64,000 nucleotides of DNA from Octopus vulgaris (taxonomy: Eukaryota), in contig OX597835.1 in the NCBI GenBank assembly GCA_951406725.2, positions 25,916,001 to 25,980,000 on the forward strand, read 5' to 3'. The translations under genes and the position numbers were made by a program. Position 1 is the first letter of the stretch. The number at the start of each line of letters is the position of its first letter. The notes beneath the pieces were generated by a model. That model saw only the letters and a list, made by a program, of their open reading frames with translations, had not been told where the DNA came from and did no database searches. Below are positions 43,530-57,500 of the stretch, one piece after another.

Positions 43530-44822
43530 CAAATGCAAAATAGGACGGAGGATATGAACATCCAGTTTATTGGCGTTCCACCCTTGGCGCCATAAATATC
43601 GATGGAAATAACGTAAGGGAGACGACATGAACCGTTAAGCCTAAGCTCGAATACAAACGGGTATACTGACTCTTTGTATTACAATTTAAGTTTATTGATG
43701 CTAGCTGACAGTTATAAATCTATTCACTAGTTACCTACTAAATCTCACTTTTACTGATGCCATTACGCTTCAGACTTTCATACTTTCTTGGTTACTACTG
43801 CTGTTGTGGCCGTCGTCTGCTTCATCCATTAAATCGGTCTTCGTTTTCGTCGTTGTTGTTGCGGTTATTGGTCTTCACTTTTGGTTGTTTTAGTGTTACA
43901 GTGGCTAATATGTTCCTAACATTGTGTTCATGCTGACGTTGTACGACCTCAAGATATTATAAAACCTTGTTAAAAAGCCGTAATTCAAATTAGAATGTTG
44001 TAAATATGCCCTCAACAAAAAGAAACTAAAAAAAGAAAAAGAAATTGGAATTTGTCAATTGTCAAACTGCTAGAGGTGATCATTGCATACATCTTTTGCT
44101 TTCTGGTTTCTCAAAGTTACATTTGTAATAAAGAACAGGTGAAACCATTTCAACGTCTTTTTTCCAAAATCCGATGATTAACTATTATAGATTTTTATCG
44201 AGTGGAAACAAAGCCAAATTTTGAAGAACAAGGTTGTGGTAGATTGTAATCGTCTGTCCATTTATCGGCTACAAATTTATTAGTAGTTCTTGTTTAGACT
44301 GTTAAAAACATCAGCCAAAACGTTTCCGCAAACTACAATCAGCTGATTTATTAAAAGGCAGGGAATGCGTATCCCCCAAAACTAAGGCTTTGTGAATATG
44401 ATATACCATACATTTTACATAGAATGATCTCGGTTGCTGTCACGATCTCAGACTAACGAGAAATCAACTAAAGCAGTAGTAACAATAACGGCAACAACCA
44501 ACTTACTGATAGACAAGCGGAATGATTAAATACGTAAATATCTTACTGTGTTTTCTACACATTGCACGTTACTAGGCCTGGTGTCAGGCCTAGTAACGAG
44601 TACCCACCACCGAAGAGATCCAATAGAGATCGAAACCATGTGGTCGAGTGGCCTTAAAGCAAGTGTGGTAGGAGTTATCTACCGCTTGCGACAAATAACG
44701 GGTGCGAGAAGTGCTGGAGGTGATGTCTAACTGGATTTATATGGCAGTATCGTCGTCTCTTACAGGATAGCTTGATTAAGGTGGCAATAAGCGACATCAT
44801 GTATGTATATATTTATATATAT

Positions 44823-44885
44823 ATCCTTAAATCCTTAAAAATGTTTTAGCCCGAAGGCCGCGGCCATGCTGGGGCACCACCGCTG
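44823..44885 (-). mobile_element. CR1-like LINE extreme 3' tail
   Basis: Minus: cggtggtgccccagcatggccgcggccttcgggctaaaaca followed by (tttaagga)2. Confidence 0.65.
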
Positions 44886-44888
44886 AAA

Positions 44889-45080
44889 CTTTATTATTAA
44901 AACTGCAAAAACATTACAAAAGTATCACAAAAAACTGGACGGGTGGGAACGTGAAGCTCTGAGTAGCAATGTTTGTGATATTTTTGTGATATTTTTGCAG
45001 ATTTAATAATAAAGCATATTACTCTATTCGAGTACTAATTTTCCCCTCCTTGTTTCACATTTATGTGCTTACTCGGGTGT
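44889..45080 (+). mobile_element. Penelope-type terminal repeat with inverted partial duplication
   Basis: Arms 44889-44931 and 44972-45014; tail aataaagcatattactcta...ccttgtttcacatttatgtg.ttactc shared with 59347-59484. Confidence 0.6.
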
Positions 45081-45393
45081 ATTTACATCTCATAACAACA
45101 ATACGGCACAATTATTTCACCTCAATTGGCCCCGCTCTCTTTAACATTACACCAAAACACATTAAAACAGAAACTGACCCTATAGGGTTCAAGAAGTCTT
45201 TGGACAGATTCCTTCAAGAAATCCCGGATAAACCCCCTACACCCGGATATGTCTCTGTAAACAATAACTCTCTACTTGAGTGGGCCATAGTGCCCAAATT
45301 CTGACTTGAAAGACTTCACCAGGTGGTGCTATTAAGTTAGACATGGCCTGGGCCAATAATGGCCGAAACCTATCAAAGTATCAAAGTATCAAA

Positions 45394-45395
<2 letters not shown>
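45081..45395 (+). mobile_element. CR1-like LINE 3' end with octamer repeat tail
   Basis: TIRHNYFTSIGPALFNITPKHIKTETDPIGFKKSLDRFLQEIPDKPPTPGY...NSLLEW, then a 3' UTR stem and (tatcaaag)3. Confidence 0.88.
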
Positions 45396-45485
<90 letters not shown>

Positions 45486-45603
45486 TGTTATATTTCGGAA
45501 TGGTCATATTGCCAGTTTAGCCAATAAAAACACACGCACTATATATTTGGTGTCATTTTGCTTCAGTGTTATTTATTTTTTACATTAATCTTAATCTTAT
45601 TTC

Positions 45604-45648
45604 GGCCAGAGTTCTTTCGTCACACTCCTGTGACCGCATCAGTGGTCC
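45604..45648 (-). ncRNA. Type I hammerhead-like motif, variant core
   Basis: Minus: ggacca-CTGATGcg-gtcaca ggag tgtgac-GAAA-gaac-TC-tggcc. Confidence 0.55.
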
Positions 45649-45725
45649 TTTGTTTTCTTCTTTCTTATTTGTGTCTCTCCTTACTAACCGTCACATAAAA
45701 AATCTTGCACAACAAATATTTAAAC

Positions 45726-45799
<74 letters not shown>

Positions 45800-47351
45800 G
45801 ACAACACACGTAAATGTTCTTATCTCTGTTTTAATGCATAAATTTATAGATCCCTATAATGTTTCAGCGTGTTATGGGTCAAAAATGATTTTCCGGATAT
45901 CTTGCCTTGGTTGAGATTGTTTAAAGCGTAACATCCGAGCACATGGGACAAGCAGAAATATATCATTAGATGATAATAAAAAGGTGGCGAGCTGACGGAA
46001 TCTTTAGTGTCATTTATTTCGGCTCTTTAGGTTCTGAGTTCAAATTCCGATGAGATCGATATTGCCTTTTATCCTTTCAGATTCGATAAGTTGGAGTCAA
46101 GTACTAGGGTCGAGATGATCGACTTCGCCCCACGCCTTAGAACTAGCACACTTGCGCCAAACTTAGACTGTGGCCATGCTGGGGCACCGCCTTCAAGTTT
46201 TAGCTGAATGAATCGATTCCAGTACTTATTCTTGTATTCTTTCTATTGGTCTCTTGCCGAGCCGCTATGTTAATAGGATGCAAACACACCAATACCGGTT
46301 GTCAAACGTTGATGTAGGGACAAACACAAAGACACACACACTTGGATATACATACACACACACACACAGACAGACAGACACACGCACACATATATGCGAC
46401 GGGCTTCTTTCAGTTTCCGCCTACCAAGTCAACTCATAAGGCTTTAGTCTGCTCGAGCCTATAGTAGAAGATACTTGCCCAAGATGTTGTGCAGTGGAAC
46501 TGAACTCGGAACCCTGTGTTTGGAAGCAAGCTTCTTACAATGCAGGCACGCCTGCACCCAAAATAAACATTATCGTTCTTTGTTGTTTTCGTCGTGGTGA
46601 GGGGTGGGTACCAAAGGTGCAAAACTCCTGAGGAAATATCTCAACACAAATTTTTAAAGTAAAATATTTATATTAGTTGAGGTTTGTGTACAGGCACCGG
46701 GAATTTTGCCTTTCAGTTCTTTTTCAGACGTTATAAGCAATTGAAAGAAAGAAATAAGCCGAAACAAAAATATTCTTCAATTATATGGGATAGGTTATGG
46801 GAAAGAATTGGCAGGGAACTGAGAAAAGAAGGAGCAAAATAAAAAGAAAAATAACAGAAAATGTTACGTGTAAGACAGATTATAGGAAGCAGAGATGGAG
46901 GGGGTGAGGCATTTATTACAAAGAGTTAAGTTAAGCTTAACATTCACTATTAAACATTTTCAATAAAAATTGGACAGTAAGTATTACTTATTCTATAAAA
47001 TAATATAAACGAAGATGTTATTTTTATTTGTAGCTTGTCCGTGATCAAAGGGGCGTAATTCATTTATTCATGATCTGCAAGAATAAGAACCAACCGGAAG
47101 GTATTCATGTCAACTTTAGAGGGAAAACTTAGATAAAATGTTTTTTGAAACATCGGGTACCAGAAAATCTTCAAAAACCTCCGTAGCGTGAAGGAGCGTA
47201 TAAAAAGAACAAACTAAGTTGCGTAGATACAAGCAACAGATAATACTTTAGATTTATATCAGATTCTACACACGAAGTGCCCTTTGATCAGAGATATAAA
47301 TGTGTTAGTTGAAACCGGAAAGTTTTCTATACTATAGGATTGTTTATATTA

Positions 47352-47646
47352 GAAGGCGCGTGGTTTAGTGGTTAGGGTATACGGCTCAGTATCGTAAGAG
47401 CGTGATTTCGATTCGCGGCGACGCATTGTGTCCTTAAGTAAAACACTTATTTCACGTTGCACCAGTCCACTCAGCCGGCCAAATAAAGAAGTATCTGTGT
47501 TTCAAAGGATCAGCCACTTCACATCCTGTTTCACGCTGAATCTCCCTGAGAACTTCGTTAAGCGTATGCATGTCAATGGAGTGCTCACCCATTTGCACGT
47601 TAATTTCACAAGTAATCTGTTCCGTTGATCGCATCCACTGGAACCA
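47352..47646 (+). mobile_element. SINE family D, diverged
   Basis: gaaggcgcgtggtttagtggttaggg head, same core and tail as 1409-1730. Confidence 0.85.
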
Positions 47647-48008
47647 ATGTGATTTCTCTTGTTCCAGACACCTGATTTGTAAATTGAATAGGCTAAGTGC
47701 TCAAAGTCTATAGATTGCTTGGAAACACAAGGTGTGTTATAAAATCATGTCTAGACTCGCGTCTCCAGTGCCGGATACTATTTACAGATTGTATCTTTAC
47801 ACTGTATTCATTAAATGGGATATATCATATATATATATATGTATATATACGATGGGATTCTTTCAGTTTCGGTCTACCAAATCCACTCACAAGGCTTTGG
47901 TCGGCCCGAGGATATAACAGAAGACACTAGCCCAAGGTGCCACGTAGTGGAACTGAATCCGGAACCATGTTCGTTGGGAACCAAACTTCTTACCACACAG
48001 CCACGCCT

Positions 48009-48104
<96 letters not shown>

Positions 48105-48272
48105 GATCGCTAGCCACTAAACCATTTTATAAATTTTCTCTCCCTGTTTATTTCTGTTCCTTTCTGTCGAAGAGCGTAGGCTCGAAACGTAAAAGACTTT
48201 CTCACTTCTCATACATCTGTTTTGTTTACACACCCGTCTTCGTCTTTTTTTTTTTGCTTTGTAAATTCTCAT
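48105..48272 (+). mobile_element. Short hammerhead-bearing repeat (variant-core family)
   Basis: cttt-CTGTCGA-a-gagc gtag gctc-GAAA-cg-TA-aaag at 48160-48196. Confidence 0.72.
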
Positions 48273-49042
48273 CATATATATATATATATATACAGAGAGA
48301 GAGAGAGACGACGGGGTCCTTTTAGTTTCGCTCTACCAAATCCTCTCACAAGGCTTTGGCCGACCCGAGGTTATATAGTAGAAGAGACTCTCCCACATTG
48401 CTAGGCAGTTAAACTCAACGCGGGATCATGTGGTTGGGGAGCAAATCTCTCACTGCACAGCGACGGTTGTGCATAATTTCCAAAATAAATTTGATATTTG
48501 CTTCATTTAGAGTGCTCCCACTCCTGGTTCCTAAAAGTCAGTATTCCGAAGAGGCTTTGGAGCTTCCAAAAAGTCGATGTTATAGCTGTATGTTAGCCCG
48601 CAAGATTGAATGCATATTTATACGCTGTGATGAATAAATCATACAACAGAATTACTAATACGCGAAGTGTTACGAATTCATAAACGAGACATGTATATAA
48701 GGATATAAGTATCTTTTATCGTTTAACATTTATTTGTTTCAGTCACTGGAATGCAGCCATGATGGAGCACCCCTAGAAGAGTTTTTAGTCGAATGTATCG
48801 AACCCAGTACTTGTTTTTTCAAGACTGGTATTTATTCTATCGATCTCTTTTGCCGATCCGCTAGTACACGGGGACGTAAACACAAAAGCACCGGTTGTCA
48901 AGGGGTGGTTGGGGACGAAACCAGACATACACACACATACACATATATTTAAAATCTTAGAGAATTATAAGTATTCCAGGTTATCAGGATATTTACTATT
49001 TTACACTTCACTAATGCAATGTAAACAGTATCACTTATATGA

Positions 49043-49388
49043 TTACAAATTTAGGATTTTACCAATAGAACCGCAACTCCTATTTCATGATAACCTTATG
49101 TGGAATACACATAGAAAGTTATATCCAATAAAATAATATAAGCATTTAAAAAACATGTTTTAAAATAAAATAAAATTATTTGAAAAATATTTGAAAAAAT
49201 ATATATGTTATATATATACTTTTTCATGTATTTTTTCAAATATTTTTCAAATAATTTTATTTTATTTTATAACATGTTTTTTAAATGCTTATATTATTTT
49301 ATCGGATATAACTTTCTATGTGTATTCCATATAATAAGGTTATCCTGATATAGGAGTTGCGGTTCTATTGGTAAAATCAAATTTGTAA
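49043..49388. repeat. Long inverted repeat (~160-bp arms, ~27-bp spacer)
   Basis: gattttaccaatagaaccgcaactccta...ttgaaaaaata / tattttttcaa...taggagttgcggttctattggtaaaatc; ORF track shows the same peptide on both strands. Confidence 0.92.
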
Positions 49389-49437
<49 letters not shown>

Positions 49438-50107
49438 CAAATGAATGCCTACAAATGAATTTTTAAAAGATTTATCATTGAAGAAAAGCGCAGAATTTTG
49501 AATAATTTTATGTGGAGTAGAAATATTTAAAAATATCCTGAAAATCAAGCTGCCATCTACGCTTGCATGATTTGTTGTGGGTGGAAGGTAATTCGATTAG
49601 TCACTCGCTATTTCAGCTATAGCAAATTTACGAAGTAAATTTATAAACCAAACTAGGTTATTATCTCTTGTAAATAAATACGTTCCGTTTTATTTGGGCG
49701 ATATGATGACTAAAGACTCGTGCTTCATTTAAATAGTCAAAATTATTCATGAGTTCTATCTTAATATAAACTTAGTGTTGTCAAGTTTTTGTATGCTCCA
49801 TTTTCTTCGCACATTGTCGGTACTCATCCCAGTTTTTAATTTTGGACTGATTGGTGTGTTCTTGATCGTTTTTTTCGTTTGTCACTTCTATGTAGGGAAA
49901 CCGTATCGGAATGGTGTTGTTAGGTCCGTGTCTGTTTACACGCGATATCCGACGCCGGCTGGCATCAATATTTGTAATTATAAATCATAGGACGTACAGA
50001 TCAATAAATTTTACGATTAAAAGAACGTATTTCTTAAACAGTTACTTGTTCCATTATTACCGTTAAAGGATATCTTTCAAAGAAGGCTGTTGTAGATGCG
50101 GTTTAAC

Positions 50108-50138
<31 letters not shown>

Positions 50139-50503
50139 CTTCTTCTTCTTCTTCTTCTTCTTCTTCTTCTTCTTCTTCTTCTTCTTCTTCTTCTTCTTCT
50201 TCTTCTTCTTCTTCTTCTCAAAAGCAACAATAGTTGTAAAAATAATCCTTTATACTATAGGTTCAAGGCCTGAAATTTTCCGGGAAGAAGTTAGCCGTTC
50301 ACTTCGACCGCAATATTCAAGTGGTACATATTTTATCGACCCAAAAGGATGAAATGAGTACCAGTTACGCACTGTGGTTGGTGTAATCAACTAGCCCCAT
50401 TCCCCCTAATTTTCATGGTCTTGTGCCCAGAGTAGAAGTAATAATAATTATTATTATAGTGTTCCTGGTAGTGCTGAGAAAGTATGTAATGAAAAAAAGA
50501 CTA

Positions 50504-50577
<74 letters not shown>

Positions 50578-50689
50578 TAATAATAATAACAATAATAATA
50601 ATGATAATAACAATTATGATAATAATAATAATGATAACAACAACAACAACAACAACAATAATAATGATAATAATAATAATAATAATAAT

Positions 50690-51100
50690 TGAGATCATAG
50701 AGAACCAAACAGACTTTGAACAGTGACAATGAATCTCTCAATACTGGAGATGTAAAAATTCCATGTGGCATTTTCTTGGGTGAATCTCTATTACCGCTCC
50801 TCTTTTGTCTAGCGTTGGTACATCTCTAGAAATAGCTCGATGATGTACAATATGGCTATAAAATATTTGATGAAAATATAAATCATCCCTTTTACATGAA
50901 TAACTTAAATCTCTTTGCAAAAAATGACCAACAACTACAGGGCTTACTAGCAATTGTTAAACAATTCAGTGATGACATCAGGATGCAATTTGGCCTCGAT
51001 AAATGTGCAAAAGCTACCTTTATCAAAGAAAAAATGACAGAAACATTTAACGGTAATCTTGACCAGCAGAATGCCATAAAGGAGTTAGAACCAGTGTTGA
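50690..51100 (+). mobile_element. R4/Dong-like reverse transcriptase fragment downstream of (AAT)n
   Basis: GIFLGESLLPLLFCLAL...YGYKIFDENINHPFYMNNLNLFAKNDQQLQGLLAIVKQFSDDIRMQFGLDKCAKATF (decayed QGDSLSP and YMDD motifs). Confidence 0.88.
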
Positions 51101-51261
51101 GAAACAAATTAGATTAGGACATATATCCGTCAGATGTAAGTAATGTAATTAATGTACATAATTCCTCATTTCTTAAATATAGACTCCAAAGCAAAATCCA
51201 TTCCTGGACCGAAATTACATTCAGGCATCCATCGCAAATAGATCCAGGTTTTTAGTGTTTT

Positions 51262-51329
<68 letters not shown>

Positions 51330-51800
51330 TCCTTCTTTCTTTCTTTCTTTAATTTTAACTCCTCTCCTTCAAACACTCATACGTTGAAACTGACGGGAGC
51401 GACCATCATTAGCAATAGTAACAATAATAGTAAGGGCAGTAGTAGTAGTATTAGTATTAGTATTAGTATTAGTATTAGTATTAGTATTAGTATTAGTAGT
51501 AGTAGTGTTGCTGTTTGCTTTGGCGTGAACAGTCGTATTGTGAAACTGCTTCTAGATATTCTAGGTATTTGGAATTTTGCCAAGTTTTCTGTTTGATAAA
51601 TTGTGTTTTTGTTTGATTATTTTCAAAGAGGAAATCTTCCGAACGTTTATCTCAGTATCTCGGTAGACAAGATCACTTGTTTTTAGACATGTGACTATCT
51701 CATTTAATGTGTTTGCATTCATTTCAGTATGGTTTGTCGTTCTGGAGAAGCTAGAAAGTTCCTACTTGATAATTGTAAACGTAACAGCTTAAAGTACAAG

Positions 51801-51861
<61 letters not shown>

Positions 51862-53351
51862 AAGAGATAGAGAGATAGTGCGAGAGAGCGGGAGAGAGAG
51901 AACAGATTTAGCTGATCTTGCAGACAGGTGTAATTTTTCAAATGACAAAACAGAACCCCACCACCTACGAACCTCAAAAACAAAAGTCAATTTAATAAGT
52001 GAAAGCGTAAATTTACTCGATAAAAATCAACCCTTAAAAATATGTATTTTTTAGTAGCGAATAATAACACTGGGAACTTCTAGATAGCAGTCAGTTGTAA
52101 CAGAAAAGTAACGTGGCAGTGGTATGTTACTGAAGATAATACCTCCTTGCTTAAGGAATTTATCTACATCGTCCGCTCCAAATTGCTGGCGTTGTGTCAA
52201 AATTTGACAGATATCTTATTAAAAAATTTGACCATATTTTGGATAACACATGTTGGAGTTTTATCCTGGAATTCTGCATTTTATCTAAATTAGAAGATTC
52301 CCAGGGACCGTTTCTATTCATGGCCTTCAACATATTTTCTTCTGCGGTGTCTTTCCATCCTTGTCACGTGACATTGTTTAATCTTTCTTTTGTTTTATGA
52401 TTTTGTTGATTCAATTCATTTGGATTTACTGCTTCCCGTATTTCTTCGGATATATGTCAACATAACTCTTACTTTGTGGATTTTCTACTTAATCGTTTCC
52501 TATTTAACTCCCTGCAAAGGTCATGCTTATTGTTACGAAACGTTATTTTTTATTTGAAATATTATTTTTTTGGCCACTGTATTCTACATGCTTTCGTTTT
52601 CATCTGTTGAATAAATATTTCTTTTTTGTTTTTTAATTTCATGATTCTATTTTTCTTGAACTCTTAGCTTTCTGAATAACTTTGCTTTCTGTAGAAGCCA
52701 TTGTTGTGTCCTTGTTGTAGATCTCAAATATTTAAAGCTATATATTATCTTTTCCGATTTATGTCCTCTTGGATCTTTTATTCTGAAACAGAATCTGTTT
52801 GAATAAGTTTTTGTCTCTTATTTAACAGCCTTCCGTTTTACTCACCACACATGTACTGAGGCACATTACTCCATTCAAATCTGTTACATCTATTTCGTTT
52901 ATAGCCTCAGTAAATATTTCCAATACTCGGTTAACTAATTTGATTAGTTCTCTGTTTTTTGTACCTCATGCCATGATATTTAGATGATTAATTACCCGTC
53001 TTCAGCTTGCATACCGTATATCCTCAAACGTGTGTTTATTTTCGTCAATCGTATTTTCTATCACTACATTCATTCATTTGTATTGACCATAATGGCTGAA
53101 TGCTTATTATTGTGATTATTTGTCAATATTAGGTTTGATGTTGTCTAACATTTGATGGGCCACGGTGTGCGTTGTATTGCCTTTATGTTCTGTCCACCAT
53201 GTTTGTGGAGTGATCTGTTGTAGTTTACGCTGTGTTATATTAATTTGCCTTACAATAATTTCTGTTTTTTTATTTTCGTGTTACGCTAGAGATATTCGGT
53301 TCGATTTTTCAATGTTTTTTCGTACGTTTCATGGTATTATGCTCTTAGGAG

Positions 53352-53737
53352 TGGAGGCGCAATGGCCCAGTGGTTAGGGCAGCGGACTCGCGGTCGTAGG
53401 ATCGCGGTTTCGATTTCCAGACCGGGCGTTGTGAGTGTTTATTGAGCGAAAAACACCTAAAAGCTCCACGAGGCTCCGGCAGGGGATGGTGGTGATCCCT
53501 GCTGTACTCTTTCACCACAACTTTCTCTCACTCTTACTTCCTGTTTCTGTTGTACCTGTATTTCAAAGGGTCAGCCTTGTCACTCTCTGTGTCACGCTGA
53601 ATATCCCCGAGAACTACGTTAAGGGTACACGTGTCTGTGGAGTGCTCAGCCACTTGCACGTTAATTTCACGAGCAGGCTGTTCCGTTGTTCGGATCAACC
53701 GGAACCCTCGTCGTCGTAACCGACGGAGTGCTTCCCC
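53352..53737 (+). mobile_element. SINE family C, full length with perfect 14-bp TSD
   Basis: ggtattatgctctt at 53333-53346 and 53738-53751. Confidence 0.93.
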
Positions 53738-54094
53738 GGTATTATGCTCTTCATTTGTGGGCAAATCACAGGATTGATTTTTTTCCCTAGATTTAGCGAA
53801 TCGATTTTGTGATTGTGTTGTCATTATTTTGATTTATGTTCAAATTAGCGGCACATGGTGCCATTGTACCTCGTCATGTAGACCGATTGCTCATGGCACA
53901 TTGCTAAATCAGGTCCTATTGCTTTAGTAACCGATTTATCTGCACGTAGTTGGTGTCTATAAAGCATTATTGGATATCACTAGAACACAGTGAATGTTGA
54001 AAGCATTCCAGGGGTTCAAAATCAACGTGAAGGGCAAGATTAATATTCAGGAATAACAAAGGGTGTGTGAGAATATATTGACAATATTTACAAT

Positions 54095-54257
54095 AGGCGC
54101 AGGAGTGGCTGTGTAGTAAGAAGCTTGCTTACCAACCACATGGTTCCGGGTTCAGTCTCACTTGTGGCACTTTGGGCAAGTGTCTTCTACTATAGCCTCG
54201 AGCCGACCAAAGCCTTGTGAGTGGGTTTGGTGGACGGAAATTGAAAGAAGCTCATCG

Positions 54258-54352
<95 letters not shown>

Positions 54353-54556
54353 CTGTGTTTGTCTCCCAACATAGCTTGACAACCGATGCAGGTGTGTTTA
54401 TTTCCCCCGTAACTTAGCGGTTAGGCAAAATAGACGAATAAGTACTAGGCTTACAAAGGATAAGTCCTGGGGTCAATTTGCTCGACTAAATGCGGTGCTC
54501 TAGCATGGTCGCAGTCAAAATGACTGAAACAAGTAAAAAAGAGTAAAAAAAAAAAG
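54095..54556 (+). mobile_element. SINE family A, full length
   Basis: Consensus head to tail. Confidence 0.92.
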
Positions 54557-55958
54557 AATTCTCAGTTGTGTTATTTTCTTCAAAAATGCTAATGTCTATC
54601 CTAAGTGATAATTTGTTTTTGTTCTTATAGAAATAGCTCTGTGTTATATCAGCTGCAAATTAGTGATAGATTAACAGCAAAAATGGTATTAATTCATCCT
54701 CAGCTGAGACTGAGTGACTCTTTAGGTCTTTAGTACTTTTCTGTTAAACATGCCAGTCGTTTGGTACGACTATGTTGATAATTTGTTATTGCCATTTTCC
54801 TCAATAATAACGATGCCGGGCTTCTAACGTGTTAACTGATGGTCTATCTGAAAGACAATTCTCTATTGTATTTTCACATCGTCGCACTCTGCTCACAGCA
54901 ACGTTGCTGGTGGAGTTTGGTGCTTGTGTGTTCGACATTTGGCATTGTTCTGGTTGTTATTGTTGCTTCTTTTGGTGTTTTTTCTTTACTGAAGTAGTAT
55001 TTATATGTTTTCCCTCGTTGTATATATGTGGTTGGTGTGCTTGTGGTTGTGACTATTTTTGTTGTTGCTGTGTTTTTTGTTATGGTGGAACCGATGAAAT
55101 AAGTACCAGTTAAGTATTGGGGTCGATATAATCGATTTTCTCTTTCCCTCAACATTGCTGGCCCTGTGCCAAAATTTAGAAAGAATGTTTATGCCAATGA
55201 GCCGCAAGAATCGTTAGCACGCTGGAAATATGCTTAGCAGCATTTCCTCCCCTTTTCCTCTGACGATCCTTGTCGTCGGAAAGTGCTTTTGTGATTTTCA
55301 AAGATTCAGAGAGATGCCACCGGAAGTTTAGCGCTCCTGGTAGGGCTATACATGGTGTTAAGGTCTAAGAAGAAAACCCAAAATTCGCACAACCAACTGT
55401 GCTTCAATACCCCAATAACAGAACAAGGTCTGTTATATACAGACACACGGATATAATCACACATATATATGCATCCAGACGTACACATATTCGTGCTTAT
55501 ACGTATATATATATACATGCGCGAACACATTGTTACATATGCATACTCACACATATATGTATGTATATATATATATGAGTTTAACTTCTTACTCATCATA
55601 TATATATATATATGTATATATATTTATATTGCTTAATGTGTACTGTATAAAGGGCTATTAATGGTTCCTTGTTGGGAAGACACATGGTTAGGCAGGATTT
55701 TATAAAGTACATTGCGATACCAAGCAATGTGCAGCCTCTGAGCCCGTGGGCCATGGAATGTGTTCTATTTGGATATCAAGACGCTTGTACATGAGAAACC
55801 ACGAGAAAAAACGCGTAAAAAGACATAGGAAGGTTGACGCAAAAAGTGGAAGAGTGAACAAAAATAGAAAAAGTAAAGAAAAGAAAAGAAAATCAGAGTT
55901 ACATGCCCTTTACCGTATTATTAAACTAGTTGCAGTAGAATAGACGCACACTCACATA

Positions 55959-56279
55959 TCTTTATATATAAAAGAGAGGTATCTTATAGTCGTGATACAT
56001 ATCGAGCCCTTCTGGGTATTAGCGCGCGTCTACGATAAGTCTACGATCTAAAAAAAAAATTACCATAATTTTTTTCCATTTTAATGCATTTTTTCGCTAT
56101 TATATAAGGGAAGTAACTCTCTAAAAATGTCTACGATGAGTCAACGATTTAAAAAAATTTACCATAATTTTTTTTCCATTTTTAATGCATTTTTTTTCTA
56201 TTTTTGGCTATAACTCTCTAAAAATGTTTATATAGTTATTTCCCTTACAAACCCGAGCAACGCCGGGCGATACTGCTAG
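55959..56279 (+). mobile_element. Non-autonomous Helitron (deletion derivative of 36307-36698)
   Basis: A|TCtttatatata ... cccgagcaacgccgggcgatactgCTAG|T. Confidence 0.87.
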
Positions 56280-56917
56280 TATTATATATTTCTAACATAT
56301 GTCCATATGTATTCATTCATATGCAGTTTTATTTACAATTGATACAACCTTTTAACCTATAAAGTACGTATAAGTACAATCCACATAGCAATCATATTTT
56401 TATACAAAAGTTTTGATAGTTTATTTGTTTGTCTGTTTTTTTTTGTTCAGAGTATTTCATGTCCGTCTAACAAACGATTTTTCTGTCGAGAGTATTTTAT
56501 GTTCTTGTCATTTTTATTGCTGCTGTTGTATTAGATGATACTGTTATTACTGCTATTTGTAGTAGTGGTGGTGGTAGCTTTGAAATTTCGCGTAAAATTT
56601 CTTGTCAGATATCTTTCGTCTGGTCTAGACTGCCTTTAGTGTCTTTTGTTTTTGCAGTAAGGTATGACTTTTTGATGGCGTCTGTGATCAGATGACGTCA
56701 CACGCCGCCATTTAACAAAATGCAACTTTATATTTTACATTTGAAATGTCATTTTTCACGTCTATGTGAGAAGACGCTTTTTGTTAAAAACAATAACGTT
56801 GCTTAGCAAACTATAATTACATAGGATTTAGTTATTATTTATTTATACTTTTGTCAGTTAGTCACAAAAGCAATAGCGATAAGAAATAATATGGCTGTTA
56901 TTGTCAACGTTATAAGT

Positions 56918-57500
56918 CGGCGAGTTTGTAGAATCGTGAGCACGTCTGACAAAATGCAAAGCGGTATTTCCTTTTGGTGACGAGCTGGCAGAATCGTTAG
57001 CACGCCGGGCGAAATGCGTAGCCGTATTTCGTCTGCCGTTACGTTCTGAGTTCAAATTCCGCCGAGGTCGACTTTGCTTTTCATCCTTTCGGGGTCGATT
57101 AAATAAGTACCAGTTACGCACTGGGGTCGATGTAATCGACTTAATACTTATGTCTGTCCTTGTTTGTCCCCTCTGTGTTTAGCCCCTTGTGGGCGGTAAA
57201 GAAATAGGTATTTCGTCTGCCGTTACGTTCTGAGTTCAAATTCCGCCGAGGTCGACTTTGCCTTTCATCCTTTCGGGGTCGATTAAATAAGTACCAGTTA
57301 CGCACTGGGGTCGGTGTAATCGACTTAATCCGTTTGTCTGTCCTTGTTTGTCCCCTCTGTGTTTAGCCCCTTATGGGTAGTAAAGAAATAGGTATTTCCT
57401 CTGGCTTCACGTCCTAAAATCGAATGCAACCGAGGTTGACTTGCCTTTCATCCTTTCACTATCAATGAAATAAGTAACAGTTAAGCTCTATGGTCGATGC
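56918..57500 (+). mobile_element. Nested/tandem SINE family B cluster (184-bp period)
   Basis: gtatttc unit starts at 57024, 57208 and 57392; young dimer sits inside an older diverged copy. Confidence 0.85.
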
